This document shows positions 29,487 to 38,100 of a DNA stretch of 64,000 bases, piece after piece. Under the pieces are notes generated by a model, which saw only the letters and a list, made by a program, of their open reading frames with translations, made no database searches and was not told where the DNA came from. Every line of letters starts with the position of its first letter. Positions within the stretch are counted from its first letter, which is position 1. A program made the position numbers and the translations under genes. Location of the stretch: the IMG/VR virus record IMGVR_UViG_3300045988_132927, positions 13,484 through 77,483 of that record; one strand, given 5' to 3'. This stretch comes from a virus.

Positions 29487-29864
29487 ATGATAGTATATGA
29501 TTTAAATTCAGGACACAGAGAATATCCTGGATATGACGAGATAGAAGACAGACGAGGTGGAGGCAGAGGCAGAAGCCGGCGTTCTGATGGGACGTACATG
29601 GAGTACGGACATGGGTTCCTTCCTCCTTACGATCATTATGGTATGCATGAGAAGATGAAGGAAATGGAAGAACGCGAAAACGAGCTGGAAGAAAGGGAAA
29701 GAAGGCTCGAAGAGCGCGAACGTCGTCATGAAATGGAGGACCGGGAATACCGGAGGATGGGTTACGAATCCTACCCGACCGATTACTATGGAGACGACAG
29801 ATACTACGGTGACGGACCTCAGATGCGTAGAGGTCGCGGACGTGGCAGAGGTCGTTCTTATTGA
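29487..29864 (+). CDS. low-complexity RGG-box / Glu-Arg repeat protein (possible nucleic-acid-binding)
   Basis: GGGRGRSRR ... EERENELEERERRLEERERRHEMEDREYRR ... RRGRGRGRGRSY. Confidence 0.45.
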   Translation: MIVYDLNSGHREYPGYDEIEDRRGGGRGRSRRSDGTYMEYGHGFLPPYDHYGMHEKMKEMEERENELEERERRLEERERRHEMEDREYRRMGYESYPTDYYGDDRYYGDGPQMRRGRGRGRGRSY

Positions 29865-29957
29865 GGAGCAGACGCAGAGGATCCAGCTTATCAGAAATAT
29901 GTAGATACTTACGGCTACCATTTTTCTAATGCTCTTGCTGATGAGGCGGTAAAGAAG

Positions 29958-30251
29958 ATGGTTAACGTCGATGGATCCAAGAGGATCTGGAAGCAGCCGG
30001 AAATAAAAGATATTTTTGAAAAGTGCGGAGCGAAGAAGCCGGATAAAGCGACATGGGGCGATGTCCAATATGTCTTTGCAATGTACTATTCGGATGGTTT
30101 TCCGAAGGTCTTCAAATGTGAGAACGAGTTGGTGAAAGCTACGTTAATGTATTTGGATGATCCGGATGCTCCCGAAGGAGTAGCCTTTATAAGATGGCTT
30201 GCCGTGCAAGATTACCTCGGCGAAAAAATAAACTGGAAGGATCTGACCTGA
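29958..30251 (+). CDS. hypothetical protein
   Basis: 97-aa ORF. Confidence 0.4.
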   Translation: MVNVDGSKRIWKQPEIKDIFEKCGAKKPDKATWGDVQYVFAMYYSDGFPKVFKCENELVKATLMYLDDPDAPEGVAFIRWLAVQDYLGEKINWKDLT

Positions 30252-30310
30252 GATCCAGATCCAGGTCCTTCCGGTGGTGCGGGAGCCATAGTAAAAAATA
30301 TGATTCCCGC

Positions 30311-30413
30311 ATTCCCGTTTTTCCCGTTTGGAAAAACGGGAATAAAAATATTATACCGGTCGGCGGGCAATAGAATACCCGTGGCCGGTTTGTTTCACAT
30401 AACTTTTTTTTTG
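30311..30413 (+). other. structured intergenic element: triple TTCCCG direct repeat with alternative 9-bp hairpins (ttcccgttt/aaacgggaa), then a bulged GC hairpin and T9 (terminator-like)
   Basis: inverted and direct repeats read from sequence. Confidence 0.4.
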
Positions 30414-30416
30414 ACA

Positions 30417-30593
30417 TGAATATAGCACACGAATCTAAATCGAATAAAACCCCATTGTATTTAATAGGAGAGTTGATTGGCGTACCGAATACGGTTATGG
30501 ACTCAGCATTGCATGAACTGAAAGATAGAATAGACAAAGACCCTAAATATAAAGATGTTAAAAATTGGCTCGAATCTTTACCCAAGATCTGAA
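30417..30593 (+). CDS. small hypothetical protein (58 aa, below track cutoff)
   Basis: ATG 30417 to TGA 30593 found by manual translation. Confidence 0.3.
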
Positions 30594-30614
30594 CCTATTT
30601 TTTCCAATACCAGG

Positions 30615-30648
30615 CCCGATGCGATTTTAACGTATCGGGTTTTTATTT
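30615..30648 (+). terminator. Rho-independent terminator
   Basis: cccgat / atcggg stem plus T5. Confidence 0.5.
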
Positions 30649-30719
30649 TAATTCATATTGTTTTATTTTAAATCTAATTAATTTATGAATGTCGTACTTT
30701 TGTTGAAAAAGTATTTTTT

Positions 30720-30947
30720 ATGGAAAATAAGGAAGATTACGTTGGTTACGAAGATCAAGAACTGTGTAACCGGTATTACAAAGAGGCCGAAGCCATGAGG
30801 CAAAAGCAGGACTGGTCTCGGCTTAGGGCTGTCCCTGCTCCGGCCAAGGGAACGCCATCGCCCGGATGGGGTCAGCTTGGACGTGGAAATGATGTCCGTG
30901 TTAAGTACGTTAGCATCAATTCAGGATTAGGAGGGGACAGATTATGA
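30720..30947 (+). CDS. hypothetical protein
   Basis: 75-aa ORF. Confidence 0.35.
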   Translation: MENKEDYVGYEDQELCNRYYKEAEAMRQKQDWSRLRAVPAPAKGTPSPGWGQLGRGNDVRVKYVSINSGLGGDRL

Positions 30948-31159
30948 CTGTAGAAGAATTGGCTAATAAAAGATACGGTGGCGAATTTGTTTTCATGTTT
31001 GGTCATCTTGAAGGTAGAACAAGATTCGTTTTTGAATGCTTTGATCCCAGGCCTGATCACGAAGGTAAAAATACCTATATGGTTTCCTATTTTGATAAGC
31101 GCATCCGTAGAAGAGATGTGGTGGATGTACCGTGTTATATGAATATTTTGCTAAAATAA
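30944..31159 (+). CDS. hypothetical protein
   Basis: 71-aa ORF overlapping previous stop. Confidence 0.35.
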   Translation: MTVEELANKRYGGEFVFMFGHLEGRTRFVFECFDPRPDHEGKNTYMVSYFDKRIRRRDVVDVPCYMNILLK

Positions 31160-31214
31160 TGGAAACATTAATCTTAAATGTAAAAGTATAATAACAACTA
31201 ATTTAAAATAAATC

Positions 31215-31967
31215 ATGGGGTTAGACGATTTTAAAGATGTAATTAGAGTGATGACAAAAGAAGAGTTCGAATCAGCAATCAACGAAGATATTAAATTCGT
31301 TGAAGGAATTAAGCATTTTTTTAAACATGATGATGCTACGAGGGTAATGGAACACGTAAAGTCTGTGTTAGAAACATCAGTGGACTACTACTACCCGAAT
31401 CATCCTGAACCTGAAGCAGAACCTGGAGACATGGGAGAAGTTTCTGATGGATACCATACTTTCAATGAATTGTATCGGTATCGCATGTTGTATAACGCCG
31501 CCTTCTTTAATCTATTAGCCAGAAACGGACAGGTTGAAGTTTGCAAATCAAGAAAGCACAGCGATGGAGAAAAATGCTTCGGTTCTGATGACTGGTTTAT
31601 TGTGATGGCGATCCTACCTACCGGTCAGGTATCTAATCACTATGAAAGCAAATACTGGGATTTGTTTGATGTTCCTGAAAGAGAAACCGCTTTCGAATAC
31701 GATGGCCATACACCAAATGAAGCTGCCGACAGACTTGAAAAATATCTCAAACTGCCTCGTCATGGCATGACATTCGAAAAGGCTTTAGAACAGCTTAAAT
31801 TAGGTCGTAAGATAAAAAGAATCGATTGGGGTAAAAAGTATATCTGTATATTTATTGTAGAATCTGACGTAAATATATTGATGGTAGATACAGGTCAAAA
31901 AGTAGCATCAAATTGGAATCCAACCGAACATGATATTATGTCTAATGACTGGGAGATTGCGGGATGA
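31215..31967 (+). CDS. two-domain protein: unknown N-terminal domain fused to C-terminal DUF2829 (Tad2-like cyclic-nucleotide sponge fold)
   Basis: C-terminal MTFEKALEQLKLGRKIKRIDWGKKYI...DIMSNDWEI matches remembered DUF2829/Tad2 pattern M.F.EAL.ALK.GKKV.R.GW...DLLAEDWEVV. Confidence 0.5.
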   Translation: MGLDDFKDVIRVMTKEEFESAINEDIKFVEGIKHFFKHDDATRVMEHVKSVLETSVDYYYPNHPEPEAEPGDMGEVSDGYHTFNELYRYRMLYNAAFFNLLARNGQVEVCKSRKHSDGEKCFGSDDWFIVMAILPTGQVSNHYESKYWDLFDVPERETAFEYDGHTPNEAADRLEKYLKLPRHGMTFEKALEQLKLGRKIKRIDWGKKYICIFIVESDVNILMVDTGQKVASNWNPTEHDIMSNDWEIAG

Positions 31968-32239
31968 GTTTGTTTGTATGTTCAAAGTGTGGCTGTATAG
32001 ATAATACAGCCACATCATGTTACTGGGCTCTTATAAGACCTTGTAAGAATCGTATTTACGATAAGTCGCTAAAGGGATATGAAGGCAAGCCTCTTTGTTC
32101 TGAATGTGCCGCTATTGAATATAGTAAGGGAGACGAAGTGGTGGTAGTTCCTGGAACGTGGCATGGTAAGTTCAAGAAAGAATGGCCTACTGAAGAAGAG
32201 AAGAAGCATATTGGTAAAAACGGTATTTTAAATATGTAA
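31964..32239 (+). CDS. small Cys-rich (zinc-ribbon-like) protein
   Basis: CSKCGC ... CSEC motifs. Confidence 0.4.
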   Translation: MSLFVCSKCGCIDNTATSCYWALIRPCKNRIYDKSLKGYEGKPLCSECAAIEYSKGDEVVVVPGTWHGKFKKEWPTEEEKKHIGKNGILNM

Positions 32240-32242
32240 ATT

Positions 32243-32548
32243 ATGTGTGATAAGGAAATTGTTGTATGTGCAGCTATATGGGTTCAAGATCACAAGAACA
32301 AGCCTCACGGTCCAGTAAATATACCATTCGGAACCGTATTTTGTGGATTGAGACACTGTTCCATAATATCGCAACTTGCGGCATACGGAATAGCTCATAA
32401 AAACCGCAGTGTTCAAGGATTTTTGACGAGCAAGAACCGGTTTTTAACAAGAGAGGAAGCGTCTGAACTTGTTAGAAACAATAATCAAGAGATGGTGGTA
32501 GATAGGAATGCCATTAGAGAACAGTTGTATTCAGAAGATTTATATTAG
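32243..32548 (+). CDS. hypothetical protein
   Basis: 101-aa ORF. Confidence 0.4.
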   Translation: MCDKEIVVCAAIWVQDHKNKPHGPVNIPFGTVFCGLRHCSIISQLAAYGIAHKNRSVQGFLTSKNRFLTREEASELVRNNNQEMVVDRNAIREQLYSEDLY

Positions 32549-32565
32549 TGTATTAAAATGTTTAA

Positions 32566-33756
32566 ATGAAACTTGTTGAAAGACATATAGTTAAAGACAA
32601 CTGGTTTGAGGATATATGCCTCAAATCTGGTTTGTTGTACAATTATGTTCTTTACAACATTCGTCAAGGAGTCTTTTCTGGTAACTACTTAAAGGAGTTT
32701 GATTTATCAAACAAACTTTGCAAAGAAAACCAATTTGATTTCAGGAATTTACCTAATCATGTTTCACAGCAGGTGATTAAACAGGTATTTAAAAACATAA
32801 AATCCTGGATGAGATTAAAGAAAGATTTTGAAAAGAATCCTTCGAAATACGGTAATCATCGTCCTCATCTTCCTTCGTATAAGAAGGGCAAGAAACAAAA
32901 CATGGTTGTTTTTACTAACTGTGATTGTAGGATAAAGGATGATGGTTATATCCATTTTGTCAAAAACACAATTAAACCGATCAAAACAAATGTAAAGAAA
33001 GATGAATTAAAACAAGTTAGAATCATACCTCAAGCCACCTGTTATGTAGTAGAGGTAGTTTATGAAAGAAAGGAAATTGATCTTGGTTTAGATAAAGACA
33101 ATTTTCTTTCGATTGATTTAGGATTGAATAATTTATGTTCATGTATTAGCAATGTAGGATTAATTCCTTTCATTGTAAACGGACGGATTATGAAATCATT
33201 TAATCAATGGTACAATAAGAAGAAAGCTAAGTTGATGTCTTTTGTTGGTGATAGAGGATCTTCAAATAGGATAAGAAGAATCACTTTGTTTAGAAATTGT
33301 TGGATAGAAGACAAGTTGCATAAGATAAGCAGATATATTGTCAACTTCTGTAGATCAAACAACATAGGAACAATCATCATCGGATTAAATAAGGAATGGA
33401 AACAGGAAATCAATATTGGTAGGCGAAATAACCAACATTTTGTTTCTATTCCTCATTCAAAGTTAATAGATAAGATTGTTTACAAAGCAAAGTTATTAGG
33501 AATCAATGTTGTTATTCATGAAGAATCCTATACATCAAAGATAGATCATCTTGCTTTTGAACCTCTAAAGAAACAGGAATCCTACTTAGGAAAAAGAAAG
33601 AAACGTGGATTGTTTCAAAGTTCAATTGGAAAACTGATCAATGCAGATATTAATGGATCAATTGGAATAGCAAGAAAAGTAATTGGTGATTCTTTTATTG
33701 GAAAGATAATCGATAGTGGATTTGTGTTTAATCCAATTAGAGTAAATACTTTGTGA
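32566..33756 (+). CDS. tnpB: TnpB-like (IS200/IS605 OrfB family) RuvC nuclease homolog, compact (396 aa), lacking the canonical CxxC..CxxC zinc finger
   Basis: RuvC-I SIDLGLNN; region YKAKLLGINVVIHEESYTSKID aligns with TnpB YKxxxxGxxVVxVxxxxTSKxC; RuvC-III NADINGSIGIARK (cf. DADVNAAINI); no Cys between RuvC-II and RuvC-III. Confidence 0.7.
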   Translation: MKLVERHIVKDNWFEDICLKSGLLYNYVLYNIRQGVFSGNYLKEFDLSNKLCKENQFDFRNLPNHVSQQVIKQVFKNIKSWMRLKKDFEKNPSKYGNHRPHLPSYKKGKKQNMVVFTNCDCRIKDDGYIHFVKNTIKPIKTNVKKDELKQVRIIPQATCYVVEVVYERKEIDLGLDKDNFLSIDLGLNNLCSCISNVGLIPFIVNGRIMKSFNQWYNKKKAKLMSFVGDRGSSNRIRRITLFRNCWIEDKLHKISRYIVNFCRSNNIGTIIIGLNKEWKQEINIGRRNNQHFVSIPHSKLIDKIVYKAKLLGINVVIHEESYTSKIDHLAFEPLKKQESYLGKRKKRGLFQSSIGKLINADINGSIGIARKVIGDSFIGKIIDSGFVFNPIRVNTL

Positions 33757-33829
33757 TACAAGGTTGAATCTAATAAATAAAATGAGTAATTTTAATAACA
33801 TTTGTATTAACTAAAAAAAATAAAACAAC

Positions 33830-34180
33830 ATGGGATTTATAATCAGAAAGTCAATATTTTATGATATGATGGACGGCAATCAATTAAAGTATGAATTTGA
33901 CAACAGGGATTTAGATCATATCACATTTAAAGGTGATGGTAAAGAATCTTTTTCATTTAACAGAGCACTTGTTGAAAATTTAATTGAGACATTTGAAACC
34001 ATGCATGATATATATTCCGATAATTACAAGCTTAAGGTTTATACTGGTAATTGCATAATTCAATTGAGCGAAGATTCAAAGGACTTAAGTAAATCCTTTT
34101 TTGACGTATATGATAAAGATGAAATGAAAATGATATACGCAATAAATATCAGTATCTTGAAAGAAATGTTTGTCATATGA
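33830..34180 (+). CDS. hypothetical protein
   Basis: 116-aa ORF. Confidence 0.4.
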   Translation: MGFIIRKSIFYDMMDGNQLKYEFDNRDLDHITFKGDGKESFSFNRALVENLIETFETMHDIYSDNYKLKVYTGNCIIQLSEDSKDLSKSFFDVYDKDEMKMIYAINISILKEMFVI

Positions 34181-34494
34181 TCACCAAGCAAGATATACAA
34201 GCAGCAACATCGTATATTTTCCGAAGCAGTTTTGTCTCGGAGGACCAGGCAAGGAAAGCAATGGTAAGAGCCGGCAATAACGCTACCAAGAACCTCGTCA
34301 AGACCTTTAGAGGCAAGTTGTTCAAGAAAGCTTTTGAAAGAGCCCGTAGAGGAAAGGATATCAGTTTTTTTGAAAGACAGGAAAAAGAAAGTGGTTTCAA
34401 CTTTCTTTACAATCCTAATAATGGTCGTATGCAAAGCGGTCATATTATAATAGATGGAATTGATCTGTTTAAACAAATAATTCATGAAAGGTAA
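34177..34494 (+). CDS. hypothetical basic protein
   Basis: 105-aa ORF. Confidence 0.4.
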   Translation: MITKQDIQAATSYIFRSSFVSEDQARKAMVRAGNNATKNLVKTFRGKLFKKAFERARRGKDISFFERQEKESGFNFLYNPNNGRMQSGHIIIDGIDLFKQIIHER

Positions 34495-34653
34495 AAAAGT
34501 TGATATTCGTTTAGGTAGAGGTCTGGCAAATCAGATTAAGATAAACAAAACCATTCCAGTGTCTCATAAACCAAAAGAAGAACGTCGAATGATGTTTGTT
34601 TGTGGTGATGATATTGCTTCTCTTATAAAGCTGTTTGAAAACGAATCAAAGTA
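34483..34653 (+). CDS. small hypothetical protein (56 aa, below track cutoff)
   Basis: manual translation MKGKKVDIRLGRGLANQIKINKTIPVSHKPKEERRMMFVCGDDIASLIKLFENESK. Confidence 0.3.
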
Positions 34654-34659
34654 ATATAA

Positions 34660-34690
34660 AGTCGGGCATGTGTCTTGTCCGACTTTTTTT
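34660..34690 (+). terminator. Rho-independent terminator
   Basis: agtcggg / tccgact stem plus T7. Confidence 0.6.
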
Positions 34691-34703
34691 ATATATTTGT
34701 GGC

Positions 34704-35027
34704 ATGGCAAGAGGTTATTATTGGATACCACAAACAGATGAAACGTTAAATGGCAGAAGCTATTACGTGGCTAAGATAGTAGGAGATATCACGTTTGATA
34801 CTAAACGAAAAAGAATCGTATTTCAAGCTGATAGGTATTTCCCTGTAGGATCTGTTTTCCATTTTACGCACAATTGCTTTAACTATATCATAACTTGCCG
34901 ACTTCGTAAGCCGGGGCTTTGGTTTGAAGCCAGGAGAGAGGATTCGGGCTCTATTTGCCCTGAAGATATTGAGCGCTTTGAATCGGGAAGGTTTATTCAC
35001 CGAGATGGGTACATGCATTACATATAA
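34704..35027 (+). CDS. hypothetical protein (start uncertain; track start 34635 would read through the terminator)
   Basis: TATATTTG -7 box at 34692-34699; ATG 34704 in frame. Confidence 0.4.
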   Translation: MARGYYWIPQTDETLNGRSYYVAKIVGDITFDTKRKRIVFQADRYFPVGSVFHFTHNCFNYIITCRLRKPGLWFEARREDSGSICPEDIERFESGRFIHRDGYMHYI

Positions 35028-35078
35028 GCTGAACTTGACGATTTTTCGTCAGATTATAATTTTTTTTCATATCATTTT

Positions 35079-35116
35079 AAGCCATCAGACTGAGAAGTTA
35101 GGTGGCTTTATTTTTT
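35079..35116 (+). terminator. Rho-independent terminator
   Basis: aagccatc / ggtggctt stem (one G-U) plus T8. Confidence 0.55.
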
Positions 35117-35136
35117 ATGATATGCTTGATTTTTAA

Positions 35137-35144
35137 CTACCTTT
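35137..35144 (+). promoter_or_regulatory. -7 element TACCTTTG of promoter for giant gene 35169
   Basis: TAnnTTTG 24 nt upstream of ATG. Confidence 0.4.
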
Positions 35145-35168
35145 GTCTCATAACAAAAATGTTTTACT

Positions 35169-38100
35169 ATGACATCAACGTGTATTATTAAAAGAGATAA
35201 TAAAAAGAAAGTTGTTTCTGTCTCTACCAGATCAGGGGACAGGTCTATGTTGTTTGATAAAATAGCATCTATTCCTCTTATGGAGAACAGAGAACGGGCT
35301 ACTACTGTTTTTAAAACCGTATTTTCTAATAAGTTCTTAAAGGCTTTTGGCGACTGGAGAAAGAGAGTGCCTATCAACAAACCGGCTTATAATAAGGTAA
35401 AATCCAACATCGATCTTATTCCGGAAGCCTATAGAGAAAGGGTACTGGATAAGGCTTCTAAGATGAGTAATCCTGTTCTTGTGTCAAAATCAGATGCACC
35501 TTATGAAATCCAAGAATCGGGCTTTGGATTTTACAGCCAAGATCTGGGTGATAATATTATATTGGTGGATGCTATGGTTCCGTCAAGTATTTCCGTACCG
35601 GAAGAACCAGGAATAGACGCCGGGCAGTATCTACAAGATACCATATCTTCAGACTTCACTCCCGTATCTATGGTACAGGATAAGGGTGTTAATTATATGG
35701 TTATAAAAGACGGTCTTAAGATATTTAGCCCAGAGGAGTTACCAGAAACAGATTCTAATCCTGTGGGTGTAACGTATCAGACCGGAGAGCCTCGTTTGTT
35801 TTTCATGAACGATCGTAGTCAATTATTTGAAGATTACGGAGAAGCTCTTCGCTCTGGCGGGAATGATATTAGAATAGGATTCTTATCAGGCACCGTTCAA
35901 GAATCTGCCGTGGATGGCGTGGCAGACATTACTTACAAGGCTGGAAAGTATGTTCTTAATAATCCAAAATCTTTTATACCGGTCATGACCGCTTCTGCTT
36001 CCACTTCTTTATCAACAAAAGGTGGTATAATTAACTACCTTATAAAGAAAGGTCTTTTGTCCGGATCTAAGATATTCGATCCTGAAACAAGAAGCTATTA
36101 TCTTACAGGAGAAGGTCATACAGGACAAATTAGACTTTTCAATTCAGCCTTATCCTACACTGAGCTCCGTAATCATTTTGGTTCCGATGTTTCCATGAAC
36201 GACCAAGGTATGATAACCATAAGCTCGTTGGATAACAGTAAGGTAACGATGAGACTCGCCACCGGAGGAACGGAAAGGATTAGTAGGGAACAGATAAAGA
36301 ACGATCTCAAGTCAGGAAGATACAATGAATTGGACGCCAAGTACGATCATTTTGATGCGCTTGTAGTTTCATTCATATTAGAAGACAACGATCTTTATGC
36401 TGACACTAAAGCTAAGATCGTATCAGATTATAGCAGGCAGGAACGTGATCAACGAAATTCTATTGTCGAGATACTGAAAACTCTTGGCGTTAGTGTCATA
36501 GGTATGACCGACTATATAGAGAAGTACCAAACCAAATACGGGCATGAACCTTCTGCTAAGGCATTGGCGGATATTGCCAATAACGTAATAGCAGTTGGTG
36601 AAGATGCTACTTTATCTGATTTAGTAGAAGAAACAGCCCACTTCCTTGTAGAGGCATACAGAGATCAGAATGCTGTTGAGGCTGTTCTGCAAGATGTAGA
36701 AGGTACGGAAGAGTGGAACCAGTATGCAGGTCAGTATTATAATACATACGGTAAGGTATATGAAGGAGCTGAGCTTGATAATGCTGTTAGGAGAGAAATT
36801 CTTGGAAAGATCCTCGCCAGGGAGATGCAGACCGGCACAGCACAGGCGCCGGTAGAGCCCACCTCCTTCCTGGGGCGCGTCCGGCAGCTTCTCTCTGGAA
36901 TAGTAAACTGGCTTAAATCAGCTTTATCAACCCAAAGACAAGATTTGAATAACGTTATTAAAAACATTCGTGATCTTGCCATTACTGACATAGATAAAGG
37001 ATTTGACACTTCTCTGTTAAAGGATAATGACTTTACATTATACTCCCTTTCTTCTATGAACAAGAACAAGTTTCTTGAGTCTAAGATCAGATCGCTAAGA
37101 AAAACATTAAGAGACTTACGTCAGATAAGCTCTGATAGGGCTGTAACTACGTCTATGACCCTTGCTCAGCTTAAGACCATAGAAGATAAGATAAATAAAG
37201 TAGAGACCGAGATAGACAAGAATGAGATGGCGGCTGCCATGAACAGCATGATCTCCACAGCCGAAGCTCAGGTCAGATACTTAAGCAATGTGGTGAACAC
37301 CATCCTTCATGGTGATACCAAAGACGGTAAGCTTCACTTCAATACCAATGATCGAAAGAACGTAGATATTATCAACAATCAGGTTCTTCCGATCATGAAC
37401 GATCTTCGAGGATATATCCGTAACAGAAGTACCGAATTTGATGAACGTGAAAAGCAGGATTATACAAATAGGATCAATACCGTCATTGCCGACATCAATG
37501 GTATTCAGTCTGATATTAAATCAGTACAAGACCTTGATGAAAGTACGTTGCTTGATAAGTTAATGAACGAACTTCATGTGCCGGCAGATAAGGTAAAGAG
37601 AGTAAAAGAATTTTTTGACAAGGTTCAACACGATGTTTCTTGGATAAGTAGGTGGTTCGGTATATTAGAGCATTCTTCCAGTCCGTTCAATAACGCTCTT
37701 GGAGCTATGATTGCCAAAGACAATTACAATGCGATGGTGAATGCCCAGCCCGCCATATCCGACTTCCTGACATATGCGAAAAAGCATGGTTTTAACAAAT
37801 CTGAATTTGAAAAACTGCTTCAGAAAGTAGACGGCAAAACTTCTAATTACCTTCGTAGTGCTCTTGATATGGCTAAATACGATCGTAATAAGAAGCTGGC
37901 GCAGATGCGAGCGTTTGCGACTGCCATGAACATAGAGATATCAGAAGAAGAAATTGGTGATGTGGTTGACAATAACCGTAATTACGTATTTAAAAGAGAA
38001 GCAGTTGACAAGGATGGAAATACGGTTACTGAAAACGCTAAATTCAAACCATCGTCTGATAGAGTTAATACCGATATTTTTACCATCGAGCAGGAAAAGA

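Noticed and set aside
32243-33830. Complete IS200/IS605 insertion sequence around the TnpB-like gene
   Set aside because: No TnpA (HuH Y1 transposase) ORF and no subterminal LE/RE palindromes were recognised. The gene is tightly coupled to the upstream ORF, so it is called a domesticated TnpB-like gene rather than a mobile element.
34635-35027. Track ORF start at 34635
   Set aside because: That start would read through the stop region of the preceding small ORF and a strong terminator hairpin plus T7 (34660-34690). The downstream in-frame ATG 34704, preceded by TATATTTG, is preferred, though the start remains uncertain.
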